Counted from the first letter of the stretch, positions 10,074 to 20,018 are shown. The stretch: 64,000 bases of DNA from an uncultured bacterium (GCA_963713855.1 OY970209.1:544001-608000); one strand, 5' to 3'. A program made the numbers and translations. Notes: generated by a model from the sequence alone, not told the origin.

Positions 10074-11234
10074 CTATTTCTTTTCCCAATTGTAAAGTAC
10101 GCTAGGCACATTGATTCCTTGTTCTTTTAAGTATCCTAACATATAAAGTGCTCGTTCGAGATGGGAAGGATGAGTCTCTGTGGAGTTAGCAATAAGTTGA
10201 GGCTGCTTATCATAAGTACCTCCATACGCATTAATGCCTGCAAGAACGGTGCTCAAAAGTTTATGTTTAAGAAGATTTTTTATGGCAAAAATATCAGCTC
10301 TTTGTTCTGTGCAGCGAAAATAAGCTATCTTTTGATATTCAGCATGGTTAGTTGGCGGTATCCATAAGGTGCCTCTTTTAGTAAGCGCTTCTCGTACTTC
10401 TGGAAGTACTAAAGATTTTGACAACAATTTGCCTAGGTATGTATTACGTAGACTGAAAACAAGCTCTATGCCTCGTCGAACGTATTTTTTGATAGCATCA
10501 CAGTCCGCTTTAAAGCAGTGTTTTTTGTAAAGCTCCTCTGGTGTTATTTTTTTGTCGGCTATTAAACGCTCATTTTCAGAATCGTTATAATAAATGTGCC
10601 CAAGCTCGTGATAGATGACGAATAACTGTCTATCAGGGTCTGGTGTTTTAAGCAATGCAATATATGTTAATCCAGTATCGGTTTTTCCTGAATGACCACC
10701 ATACGGATCCAGAGCGGCATATATTTTTTTTTGAATATTGAGTGAATGGACAACTCTGTCCATGAGCTTTTGAGCCTCGGGTGCGGCTCTTTCTATATCG
10801 CCTTTTTCTGCAAGAGCATTAAGCTCAAGCTCTGGTAAGATTGTTTTAAGCCATGCTCTGTCAGCTTCTTGCAACGATGACTTTGTTTCTAACTGAAGAA
10901 GTTCTCTCAGGAAATTGTAGGGAAAAAGTAAAAACTCGGCATTGGATAGAGTATTTGGTACATTGCGAGCCAGAGATTCGTTAACTTGGTGCGCTAAGTC
11001 AAACAATTGGTAAGGCAAAGATTTTTCATCTTGTCTTTTCCAGATCGCGCGCTCATGACCTTTCCAAACCTCGTATTCTTCCTTTACTGGAGTTGCTTTA
11101 ATCGCTATGAAAGAGCCCAAGGTTAATAAGTGAGATATAATGATAAAAAAATGTATTCTTGACCAGCTACGCTTAAAGACTATAGCGAATGGTAACATCA
11201 AAATCGTACACACTCGTATCGCTTTAGTCTTCAT
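10074..11234 (-). CDS. M48-like zinc metallopeptidase, paralog 2
   Basis: HELGH, EQRADIFA, HPSHLERA; ATGA overlap with the upstream paralog's stop. Confidence 0.78.
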   Translation of the reverse strand: MKTKAIRVCTILMLPFAIVFKRSWSRIHFFIIISHLLTLGSFIAIKATPVKEEYEVWKGHERAIWKRQDEKSLPYQLFDLAHQVNESLARNVPNTLSNAEFLLFPYNFLRELLQLETKSSLQEADRAWLKTILPELELNALAEKGDIERAAPEAQKLMDRVVHSLNIQKKIYAALDPYGGHSGKTDTGLTYIALLKTPDPDRQLFVIYHELGHIYYNDSENERLIADKKITPEELYKKHCFKADCDAIKKYVRRGIELVFSLRNTYLGKLLSKSLVLPEVREALTKRGTLWIPPTNHAEYQKIAYFRCTEQRADIFAIKNLLKHKLLSTVLAGINAYGGTYDKQPQLIANSTETHPSHLERALYMLGYLKEQGINVPSVLYNWEKK

Positions 11235-13014
11235 GTATTTTTGTGGCGTCCGGCCTTCCATTGCTCGTAAATAGTCTCAACGTGTGAAGGGGCAGACGTG
11301 CCCTCCTCTTCTGAATAAGTGCATATACTTTCAGTTTCCCACTTATAGAGCACTGCTGGTACATCGATTCCTTGGTGAGCTAAGAACCCTAACATATATA
11401 AAGCTCGCTCGAGACCGGATGGATGGGGGTCAAGATTTCCTATTGAAATAAGGTAAGGCTTTTCGCGTTGTAGACCATATGTGTCAAGGGCGGTCAGAAT
11501 GGCGCTAATCAGGTTACGCTGAAGAAGATGCCTGATAGCAAATAAATCGGCTCTTTGCTCGGTGCCACGAAGGTAAACCATTTTAGAGTACTCCTCGGCG
11601 CCGTGAGGAGGTGACCAGAAAGTACCATACTTTTGAAATACGCTTCGTACATAGGGATCTGCTAAAAAGCGTGCTAATAGTCTACCGATCTCAGTATTTT
11701 GTAGAGTAGGAACCAATTGTATCCCCTGCTTTAAATGTCTTCCAATGGCCTCAACATCAGCTCTAAAAGATGGATCGTTAAAAAAAGTTTGTGGATTAAT
11801 TTGTTTACTGTTGACTAAGCCTACACTTACTGGATCGTTATGATAAATATGCCCAAGCTCATGATAGAGTACGAATAATCGGGTATCTATGTCTGGAGTT
11901 CCACAAAGTGCGACATACGTTAATCCCTTACTAGTCATTGTTGTATGTCCACCAAAAAGTTCTGGATCTTGAGCCGAGTATATTTTTCTTTGCATGTTCA
12001 GTAGCTGAACAACCTCTTCAATGAGCTTTTTGTGAGCAAGAGAAGCTTTTTTAATTTTGCCTTGTTCAACGAGAGAGTAAAGTTCGAGTTCGGGTAAAAT
12101 TGTTTTAAACCACCCCTTATCCGAAGTTTCCAAAGAGGGTCTTGTTGGGAGCGCCAGAAGCTCTCGAAGAAAATTATAAGGAAAAAGTGACTGGGTGGTG
12201 TTAAATCGATCAACTGGTACATTTCTTGCTAGGAACGTGTCAACCTGAGATGCTAGGTCAATCCACTCAAGAGGTAATGATCCTCGCTTACCCAGAAGTT
12301 GCCACTTTCTTTGCTCTGCAGCTTTCCAAAGCTCGTATGCCATTTTTTCAATTTGGGCCACATTGACGTCTTCAAAAGATTTAACAGAAGGCAAAGGTAC
12401 GAGTTTTCTAAGATCGTTGTATGAGTCGAGTACCCATTTAGCGGTGTATTTATCTCGAGGAGACTTTTTAGTAAAATCAATCTTGTAAAGAAGCGTCGTG
12501 AAAGCTGCCATTTTTGTAGAGTAACTTGTAATTGGTGGTGCCTCTTCCGGTTTTTTGGGTGGGACCGGTTGAGGTGTTGGCTTTTTTAACGGAGGCTGCA
12601 AGGCTTTTAAGGCTGCGAGTGTAAGCTTGTATTTTCTTAAATAACGCTCGCCTTCCTTCTTAGAGGCGGCAGGTAAAGCATTAAATAACGTAAGGACGTT
12701 TGTAACAAGAATTTTACCCTGGGGCTTATTTTTCATTTTGACGTATTGATTAACAGCTTGTTGAAACTTTGCCAATAAAGCCTTTGTAGCTGGCACTTTT
12801 TTCGCTTTTGGCGGTTTGCTGGGTTTTTTCTTTTTGGGTGCTTTCTTTGGCTTTTTTTGCTTTACGAGCTTTTTGCTTGCCCTTTTTACTTTCTGAGTAG
12901 TACTTTTTTTGCGTTTTTTGGATTGCTCTTTGCTGGTGCTGCTTTAATACTTATTACGAAGGCCAAAAGTAGCAAATGGGATAGTATTTTTAAAAAAGAC
13001 ATCTTCTTTTTCAT
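11231..13014 (-). CDS. M48-like zinc metallopeptidase, paralog 3, with Lys/Pro-rich N-terminal region; frameshift in an A-run near 12903-12919
   Basis: HELGH, EQRADLFA, HPSGLERA. Signal peptide MKKKMSFLKILSHLLLLAFVISIKA from 13014 joins the 521-aa ORF if one base is added in the homopolymer. Confidence 0.75.
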
Positions 13015-13196
13015 AACAATTTACACCTAAATATATCTAATTGTAATTATTTTAATTGTAGCTTGCGCTAGACTTCAAAGTCAATAATTCACCTTGATTT
13101 TTAAGGTACTTTCCGATTTTAGAACTGCCCCAGGGGCCCACTGATGTAGAGGGCTTTTAAAATGTCGGGTAAAACGGGGTTCAAAAAAGGAAAAGG

Positions 13197-13360
13197 AGGA
13201 CTCTGGTGTATGGTCAATGACCCATGACTAAAGTCAAGGGCTTGCAAGTCAAGCCTGCTTAAGAGCTGATTGACGACACAGCTCATCAGACAGCGTATTA
13301 AGGTATACCTGTCTGATATTGATAGCAGCATTAGTATCAGCATGAGCTCTATGACCACAT
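13197..13360 (-). ncRNA. Predicted omega/reRNA of TnpB (scaffold boundaries approximate; guide from the flank, CATACACCAGAGTCCT...)
   Basis: Inferred from the known TnpB architecture; hairpins gagctg...cagctc and the right-end hairpin are present. Confidence 0.4.
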
Positions 13361-14428
13361 AAAGTACAAAGAATAGATGCTTAGAGCGATTACCTCTTGA
13401 TACATAAGAGCACTGAGAACATCTCTGGCTTGTATGACGAGGATCAACAGCTATAACGCTTATTCCTCGTTCTATTGCCTTATACTCAATAAAATCGCCC
13501 AATTGTCCAAAAGCCCAAGAATGCTGTAAATACTTCTGTTTCTTTGCTAATTTCATTCTCTCTCGTATATACTTTAGGTTTTCCATGACAAGAGTGTCAC
13601 CAGGAGAGCAAGATTGAACAAGAGCCTTACTAATAGAGTGGTTAATAGAGCGCATGACTCTCTGCTCTTTACCAGCAAGCCGTATCAGGAGACGCTTAGC
13701 CCCTTTCGTGCCTTTCTTTTGCAGAGACTGCCTTAATCTTGAATAGCGTTTTCTTATATGGAGAGCTTGCCTTCCAGAAAACTTTAGTCCTCTAGAAGTA
13801 GTAGCTAGGTTATAGATACCGCGATCTATCCCAATACTAGTACCTGTTTCTGCAACTATTGGTAGCTCTCTGTTAACTGCTATATGAATAGAAAATACTT
13901 TTCTATGCTTATCGTAGGATAAAACAGCAGCTGTTGGTTTACTTCCTGCCAATAAGGTACGTTGATACTTTCCTAGAGCCAGTTTTAATTTGTATCTACC
14001 GCCTATAAGAGCAATACTTACTTGTTCTTTTTCTTCTAAGAATGAGAATAGTCTAGTATCTAAATCTATACTCGTAGGCCTAAAGACAAAGGGCTTATAT
14101 TTCTTACACGCTTGAGCTACTCTAGCTATAGCTCTTATTGCCATGTTTGCATGCAAGTTATAGCGTTCTCTAAATTCTCTATAACAAATACGTTGTAGCT
14201 TATACTTATTCCTTATCTCATTTTCTTTTGCTATGTTGAGAATGAAGTTACAGGCAGAGGAAAAAGAAAAGAGAGTAGCTAGTATTGTATCAGCAAGCTC
14301 TTCATCAACGATAAGTTTACATTTTACGGTTTTGAGACTCTCCATTCCCTCATTCTAGCATCTTCTCTTTTCTACACAAGGGCAATTCCTCCCATGACTA
14401 AGTTAAGGGCTTCCTTGCCTTTTTCATC
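13213..14428 (-). mobile_element. IS200/IS605-family (IS1341-type, tnpB-only) insertion sequence
   Basis: Minus-strand left end GGCAAG-GAAG-CCCTTAACTTAGTCATGGG-AGGAATTGCC preceded by TCAC; right end CAAG-CCCTTGACTTTAGTCATGGG-TCAT-TGAC; no tnpA inside. Confidence 0.9.
13249..14345 (-). CDS. tnpB: RNA-guided endonuclease TnpB, frameshift near 13369
   Basis: RuvC-I GIDRG, RuvC-II VMENL, zinc finger TSQRCSQC. CTLC and RuvC-III HADTNAAINI continue in a shifted frame to a stop at 13249. Confidence 0.9.
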
Positions 14429-14494
14429 GTGAGAGAATAGTATTTTTTGGGATGGGCATTCGCAGTTAAGTCACGAGTGACAAAAAGGAAAAAA

Positions 14495-14962
14495 GTGGAA
14501 AAAAAAGCAATGTTAGGAATCCTTTCAATGATTCTATTGGGAGGATGTGACATTTTCCAAAAAGAAGAAAAAAATAAAACAGCTACTCAGCAAGGAAGTA
14601 AAAACATGGGCCGGCAAAAAACACCAACGGGACTCGAGTACGAAATTATTAAAGAGGGCTCAGGCATTTCTCCTAAAAAAGGTCAGAAAGTAACCGTTCA
14701 TTATACCGGTTGGCTCGATGACAACGGTAAACCTGGAACTAAGTTTGATAGTAGCGTTGATCGTGGCGAACCTTTTAATTTCACGATTGGTATTGGGCAG
14801 GTCATCAAAGGCTGGGACGAAGGTGTGCTTTCAATGAAGATAGGCGAAAAGCGCCGCTTAATCATACCTTCAAACTTGGGTTATGGTCCCTATGGTGCTG
14901 GTAGACTTATACCGCCCAATGCAAAGCTCATTTTTGACGTTGAGCTTTTAGGTGTTAGTTAA
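14495..14962 (+). CDS. FKBP-type peptidyl-prolyl cis-trans isomerase, probable lipoprotein
   Basis: VTVHYTGWL, FDSSVDRGEPF, VIKGWDEG, IPPNAKLIFDVELL; lipobox LLGGC. Confidence 0.95.
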   Translation: MEKKAMLGILSMILLGGCDIFQKEEKNKTATQQGSKNMGRQKTPTGLEYEIIKEGSGISPKKGQKVTVHYTGWLDDNGKPGTKFDSSVDRGEPFNFTIGIGQVIKGWDEGVLSMKIGEKRRLIIPSNLGYGPYGAGRLIPPNAKLIFDVELLGVS

Positions 14963-14975
14963 ATCTTGTTAGAAA

Positions 14976-15010
14976 AGCTAGGAAAGCATCAAATGTATGC
15001 TTTCCTAGCT
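14976..15010. terminator. Hairpin between convergent genes
   Basis: agctaggaaagcat...atgctttcctagct, 14-bp stem. Confidence 0.65.
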
Positions 15011-15019
15011 CTGAAGCTC

Positions 15020-15838
15020 TTAACTTAAGCTTGCTGTTTTTTGGAGTTGATCCGATTGCTCACTGAGGTATTGAAGATCGATCCAGTGTGGTAGTGGTCC
15101 TTCAAATTCGTAAAAGCCCCATGAGATATACGTGTGTATAGCCGACTGATTTGTTCTACGCACATGCAGAAAGAGCCTTTTTGTAGATGGAATTAATGTA
15201 AAAATAGAGCTCATAAGCAGTTTTTCAACATTGATCTTTTCTCCTTCTTTAACACCAAAAAGGCCAACTCGTATGCTTCCATGCTCATAACTTGGGGTTA
15301 TCATAAACTGGATTATGCCAAGTAAAACCTTAGTCTTTGCGTCTTTGGCTTCGACAATGATAGTAAGGTCATTATCTCCTGAAAAGTTTGCAAAGTCGGT
15401 TTGGTCAAAGAACTGTTCAAGCACGGTCTTTATTTTGTCGTGAGCTGCTAGCCAATCTACGTGCTCTAAACCCCGCTCAAACAAGGGAGCAAGAGGCTTT
15501 AGGAACATTTCCTTGGGTACCGACTGTGGAAACGCTTTTGCAAATTCAAGTTCCGCTTCAGCATATGTTTTAATGAGGATTGCTTTTGCCTCCTTAATAG
15601 CATGATTAAGCAGGGGTGATTTTCCCTCAATCAGTTGCCATTCTATGATGTTAGGCTTTTCCCTTAAAACCGGAGCAGGCTTTCTTTGGGTTAACTCGTT
15701 TTTAACATCTTTCAACCAGTGTAAGTCTCTTAAGGTATCCATTGTTTCTATTCTTTCATTGTTTTCAAGTTTTTTATTTGAGTGCATAAAAATACTGACC
15801 AAGCTCGAAAAAAGAGCCAGTAAAATAAGATAAAACAT
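15020..15838 (-). CDS. Hypothetical protein with C-terminal GNAT-like acetyltransferase region
   Basis: LFLHVRRTNQSAIHTYISWGF resembles the GNAT N-x-x-A-x-x-x-Y-x-x-x-GF motif; hydrophobic N-terminus. Confidence 0.65.
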   Translation of the reverse strand: MFYLILLALFSSLVSIFMHSNKKLENNERIETMDTLRDLHWLKDVKNELTQRKPAPVLREKPNIIEWQLIEGKSPLLNHAIKEAKAILIKTYAEAELEFAKAFPQSVPKEMFLKPLAPLFERGLEHVDWLAAHDKIKTVLEQFFDQTDFANFSGDNDLTIIVEAKDAKTKVLLGIIQFMITPSYEHGSIRVGLFGVKEGEKINVEKLLMSSIFTLIPSTKRLFLHVRRTNQSAIHTYISWGFYEFEGPLPHWIDLQYLSEQSDQLQKTASLS

Positions 15839-16362
15839 GCGCATTCCTTGAGGCACTACGGTGCCCATCGAAATAAGGAACTAAGTGATAGGTATTGCGA
15901 GCAAAATATTAATGATGCTCTTTAGAAGACAATGACAGAGACTTTCATACCGGCCTCTCTTTGGATATGTTGAAAATTGTACATGTCACTAACAATATCA
16001 TGGAAGCTATTGCTGGGCAAGGCTTTTTTATTGGTTTTTTGATAACTCGTAAAAGGCCCCTAATCCTGCTCACTCGTCTTCCGATAAATGCGCGCTATTG
16101 TATTTTCAGTATGAAAACCGTTGAATAGTTAAATTGGGATTAAATCGAAGCTTGTTTAGCGCATGAGGCTTTTTGAACGAAAAAAAATTTCCGACCCGAA
16201 AAAGAATTGATTTTAACTATTTTGATAATTTATTATTAATTTGAAATATGTTTATGTAAATGTTTTTGTACACTATTATCAATGGGTGAGAGCCTGCTCT
16301 TGCTCATCGTCTTAGGCATAGAGCTGTCTTACCAGTGATAAGCGAATAACGAAGGTTAAGCA

Positions 16363-16599
16363 ATGGAATCGATGATAAGCTTTAGAAAAATATCTTGTAT
16401 TATAGCCACTTTGTTTGTTTCTCAAGGTTGGCATTCTATGTATGCACAGCCAAAACCGGTCGATAAAAGCAGTTGCCAAAGTACTTGCTATCAGCAGCAT
16501 CCGGTCATGTGTAGTGCTGGTATGCGCCAGTCCACTTGCGAGTATTTTCAACAGCAGCTTAGTAATTGCCTAAAAAAGTGCTCTCAGCTGAAAAGCTGA
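16363..16599 (+). CDS. Small secreted cysteine-rich protein
   Basis: Signal peptide followed by ~50 aa with six Cys; only plausible gene in this AT-rich gap. Confidence 0.6.
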   Translation: MESMISFRKISCIIATLFVSQGWHSMYAQPKPVDKSSCQSTCYQQHPVMCSAGMRQSTCEYFQQQLSNCLKKCSQLKS

Positions 16600-16722
16600 T
16601 CGTCTTACCCTATGGTTTTTTACCGGTTTATGGGAGATTGCGAGTTGCTTTTCAATAAATATAGTTTGATGCTCCTTCATTCTGTCCAGATAGATAATGC
16701 CTAGGGAGCCTTAATAAGCTAC

Positions 16723-17373
16723 TTAAATTCTCTTCATGCTTTCTAATGTTTTGATTGGGTCTGGCGTTTCAAAAATGCCGGCGCCGACTGCAAATATGTC
16801 TGCCCCTTCAGCTGATAAAGCAGGCAGTGTATCTATGTTGACGCCTCCATCAATGCCTATTGCAAATGAGAGTCCATGTTCTCCGCGAAGATCGTAGAGT
16901 GTCTGAAGGCGTTCGTGCGCGTGGGGTAGTATGACTTGTCCAGATGGTCCGGGTTCGACAGTAAGTAAAAGCACGTGGTCAATAATGCGATCGAAGTGCT
17001 TTATAACTTCAACGGGCGTGTTTGGTTTGATTGCAAGCCCGACCTTAATTCCCTGCTTATGATACGATTCTATTATCTGATGCGTCTTTCGATTAGATAA
17101 GTTTTCATAATGTACAGATATGAGGTCATGTTTATGGAGCGTTATCCGCTCAAGAACTGCTTGTGGATCGTCCACCATAAGATGGATCCAGAACGGTTTT
17201 TTTGTCACGTTTCTTAAAGCGTTTACAAATGCTGGACCTATGGTAATGTCAGCGGCAAAATGAAGGTCCATGATATCAAGATGAAAGCCCGCGCAGTGCG
17301 GTTCAAAAGAACGGATGATTTCTTCAAGCTTAAGCGGTGGCGCAGCTGTAATCGAAGGAAATATATGAGCCAT
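16723..17373 (-). CDS. rpe: Ribulose-phosphate 3-epimerase
   Basis: IFPSI, HLDIMD, IHLMV, TVEPG, IDGGVN motifs. Confidence 0.93.
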   Translation of the reverse strand: MAHIFPSITAAPPLKLEEIIRSFEPHCAGFHLDIMDLHFAADITIGPAFVNALRNVTKKPFWIHLMVDDPQAVLERITLHKHDLISVHYENLSNRKTHQIIESYHKQGIKVGLAIKPNTPVEVIKHFDRIIDHVLLLTVEPGPSGQVILPHAHERLQTLYDLRGEHGLSFAIGIDGGVNIDTLPALSAEGADIFAVGAGIFETPDPIKTLESMKRI

Positions 17374-17475
17374 AAAGAGTGTTCCTTAGGTATTTTGACT
17401 TTCAGTGTAGCTTATAGAGGAATACAGAGTATATCTTTTTTTTATTTAGAGGTTGTTTCGCTTCTTAATGAGGTG

Positions 17476-17821
17476 GAGTCCCTAAAAGTGAGCTAAAGAG
17501 AAACAGGCGCCTACGCGGCTTAATAAGAGTCAGAGTATTGACTCTTATTACAGGACAATCGTCCTGCACCTGTTGCTTGTTGTTACATACTCTTATTGTG
17601 TATGAGATAGACCGGAAAATCCGGTCTATCTCATTAGGCACATATACCAGAAAGGGAACTCACTTTCTGGTATATTAAACAACCGTAAAAAATTTAAGAA
17701 GGGTGTGGGTCAAGGGTCATAAAGCCTGAGCCAGGCTTATGAGCCCTTTCATAAGAGTCAATACTATGACTCTTATGATGACGCGTAGGCGCACGCTTCA
17801 CTGATTTTTATTTGGGGACTG
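17476..17821. repeat. Modular multi-hairpin palindromic element, copy 1 (MITE/REPIN-like or structured RNA)
   Basis: Imperfect terminal IR gagtccc...gcgcctacgcg / cgcgtaggcgc...gggact enclosing at least six hairpins; homologous to 26896-27210 and 34155-34297. Confidence 0.85.
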
Positions 17822-17913
17822 AACCTAGATTTTTAAAGGGAATGGTAAATGATTCTGCCTGCAACTCTTGAGTGTATACGCCTAAAAAAATCTGAGTGTA
17901 TTTGTATAAAATA

Positions 17914-17941
17914 TTGCACTTTTTAACCGTTGGGGTATATT
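17914..17941 (+). promoter_or_regulatory. Candidate sigma70 promoter of groES-groEL
   Basis: TTGCAC-N16-TATATT about 95 nt upstream of groES. Confidence 0.45.
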
Positions 17942-18036
17942 AGGTTCATGCTATAGATCTAAAAAATGGATCTAGAATGTATCAAAAATGTTAAAATTAA
18001 GAGTCATATAGAGCATTTAGAAGTTTTGGAGGCGCT

Positions 18037-18321
18037 ATGTTTGAGAAGTTTCGTCCTCTCTACGATAGAGTATTGATAGAGCGTATTGAAAGCAATGAGG
18101 AGAAAAGTTCTGGGGGTATTATTATCCCTGATGCTGCTAAGGAAAAGGCTCAAACAGGACGCGTAAAAGCTGTTGGCTCTGGCCGTGTAACACCCGAAGG
18201 TAAAGTTATACCACCCCAGGTAAAAGTGGGCGATACTGTTTTCTTTGGTAAATATGCCGGTACGGAGGCTGCGCGAGATCTTCTTATCATCCGTGAAGAT
18301 GAAATTTTAGGAATTTTCTAA
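18037..18321 (+). CDS. groES: Co-chaperonin GroES
   Basis: FRPLYDRVLI, GGIIIPDAAKEK, VKVGDTV. Confidence 0.97.
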   Translation: MFEKFRPLYDRVLIERIESNEEKSSGGIIIPDAAKEKAQTGRVKAVGSGRVTPEGKVIPPQVKVGDTVFFGKYAGTEAARDLLIIREDEILGIF

Positions 18322-18361
18322 TAATAAAAGCTGTGAAAAATAATTGAATAAGGATAAAACC

Positions 18362-20002
18362 ATGGCTGGTAAAAAAATAGTATTCGGGCTAGAAGCACGG
18401 CAAAAGCTTGCTGCGGGAGTTGATACTTTAGCTAATGCAGTGAAAGTTACCCTTGGTCCTCGAGGACGTAATGTAGCATTTGAAAGCAAGTTTGGCTCGC
18501 CAAAAGTTACTAAGGACGGTGTTAGTGTTGCAAAAGAAATAGAATTGACTGATCCGCTTGAAAACATGGGCGCACAAATGGTGCGCGAGGTTGCAAGTAA
18601 GACCGCTGATGTTGCAGGGGACGGTACAACGACTGCAACGGTTCTTACACAAGCGATCTTTAGAGAAGGTAACAAGTACGTTACTTCAGGTGCTAATCCG
18701 ATGGAGCTTAAGCGCGGCATCGAAAAAGCTGTTGAAGCCGCTGTTGCAGACATTAAAGCGCGAGCGAAAAAAATAAGTGATAAAAAAGAGATCGAACAAG
18801 TTGCGACTATATCCGCAAACTGGGATACCCAGATAGGCCAGCAGATTGCTCAAGCAATGGAGCGTGTTGGTAGGGACGGTGTTATCACTGTTGAAGAAGC
18901 AAAAGGAATGGAAAGCGAGCTTGAAGTGGTAGAGGGTATGCAATTTGATAGAGGCTACCTTTCTCCCTATTTTGTGACCGATGCTGAAAAGATGGAGGCT
19001 GTGCTTAATGAGCCTTACATTCTCATCTACGAAAAGAAGATTTCGAGCATGAAAAGTTTGCTTCCTATTTTGGAGGCTGTTGCAAAATCTGGAAGGCCGA
19101 TGCTTATCCTTGCTGAAGATGTTGAAGGCGAGGCTCTTGCGACACTTGTTGTTAACAAGCTACGCGGTATTCTCAATGTGATTGCTGTCAAAGCACCAGG
19201 TTTTGGTGATAGGCGTAAAGCGATGCTTGAAGATATTGCTATTTTGACTGGTGGCAAACTCGTTTCCGAAGAGCTTGGCATGAAACTTGAAAATACTACT
19301 ATTCAAGATCTCGGACGTTCTAAAAAGGTATTAGTAACTAAGGATTTTACGACCATTATTGATGGGTATGGGGCGCCAGAAAGCATCAAAGGGCGTGTAG
19401 CTCAAATTAAGGCACAGATTGAAAATGCTACCTCAGATTATGATCGAGAAAAACTCCAAGAACGTTTAGCAAAAATTGCTGGCGGAGTCGCGGTTATTAA
19501 AGTGGGTGCTACCACTGAAACTGAGATGAAGGAAAAGAAAGATCGTATCGAAGATGCCTTAAGCGCTACACGAGCTGCTATAGAAGAAGGTATCGTGCCT
19601 GGAGGCGGTGTAGCTCCGCTACGTGCTCAGCAAGCTATTGCTGCTTTAAAGCTTACCGGAGATGAAAAGTTAGGTGCTCAAATTGTAAACAGGGCTTTGG
19701 AAGAGCCACTTCGTATCATTTCTTCAAATGCTGGCTATGAAGCATCTGTTATCGTTGATGCTGTTCGCAAGGGTTCAGGCAATTACGGTTTTGATGCAAA
19801 GACCGGTGAGTATGTTGACATGGTAAGTGCTGGTATTATTGACCCTGCCAAGGTTGTAAGAACTGCTATTCAAAATGCAGCTTCTATTGCTGGTCTTATG
19901 TTAACGACTGAGGCTGCAATTGCTGAAATACCTGAGGAAAAGAAAGCTGAAGCTGGTCACTCCCATGGAGGCCCTCGCGGAGGCATGCCAGAAATGTACT
20001 AA
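18362..20002 (+). CDS. groEL: Chaperonin GroEL
   Basis: [39 protein letters not shown]. Confidence 0.98.
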   Translation: MAGKKIVFGLEARQKLAAGVDTLANAVKVTLGPRGRNVAFESKFGSPKVTKDGVSVAKEIELTDPLENMGAQMVREVASKTADVAGDGTTTATVLTQAIFREGNKYVTSGANPMELKRGIEKAVEAAVADIKARAKKISDKKEIEQVATISANWDTQIGQQIAQAMERVGRDGVITVEEAKGMESELEVVEGMQFDRGYLSPYFVTDAEKMEAVLNEPYILIYEKKISSMKSLLPILEAVAKSGRPMLILAEDVEGEALATLVVNKLRGILNVIAVKAPGFGDRRKAMLEDIAILTGGKLVSEELGMKLENTTIQDLGRSKKVLVTKDFTTIIDGYGAPESIKGRVAQIKAQIENATSDYDREKLQERLAKIAGGVAVIKVGATTETEMKEKKDRIEDALSATRAAIEEGIVPGGGVAPLRAQQAIAALKLTGDEKLGAQIVNRALEEPLRIISSNAGYEASVIVDAVRKGSGNYGFDAKTGEYVDMVSAGIIDPAKVVRTAIQNAASIAGLMLTTEAAIAEIPEEKKAEAGHSHGGPRGGMPEMY

Positions 20003-20018
20003 TTGATGCTTGAACTGG

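Noticed and set aside
6555..13174. 12-bp inverted match ttttacccgaca (after tRNA-Arg) / tgtcgggtaaaa (near the IS) as island boundaries
   Set aside because: 12-bp matches are expected by chance in 64 kb; no integrase and no duplicated tRNA 3' end
13119..13248. C-terminal extension of the 408-aa TnpB ORF past the IS right end
   Set aside because: Produced by the frameshift; the conserved frame stops at 13249
17476..17821. CRISPR array interpretation of the repeated hairpins
   Set aside because: No regularly spaced identical repeats with unique spacers and no cas genes in the window; the TnpB has IS ends rather than an array
17840..18036. CIRCE element upstream of groES
   Set aside because: No TTAGCACTC-N9-GAGTGCTAA; only partial gagtgta words
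18307..19281. Antisense ORFs within groEL, and similar short overlapping ORFs elsewhere
   Set aside because: Typical shadow ORFs with no motifs or independent signals
19600..19630. Gro[11 protein letters not shown] (Pro at a usually Leu position)
   Set aside because: Single substitution in an assembly with evident errors; not interpretable
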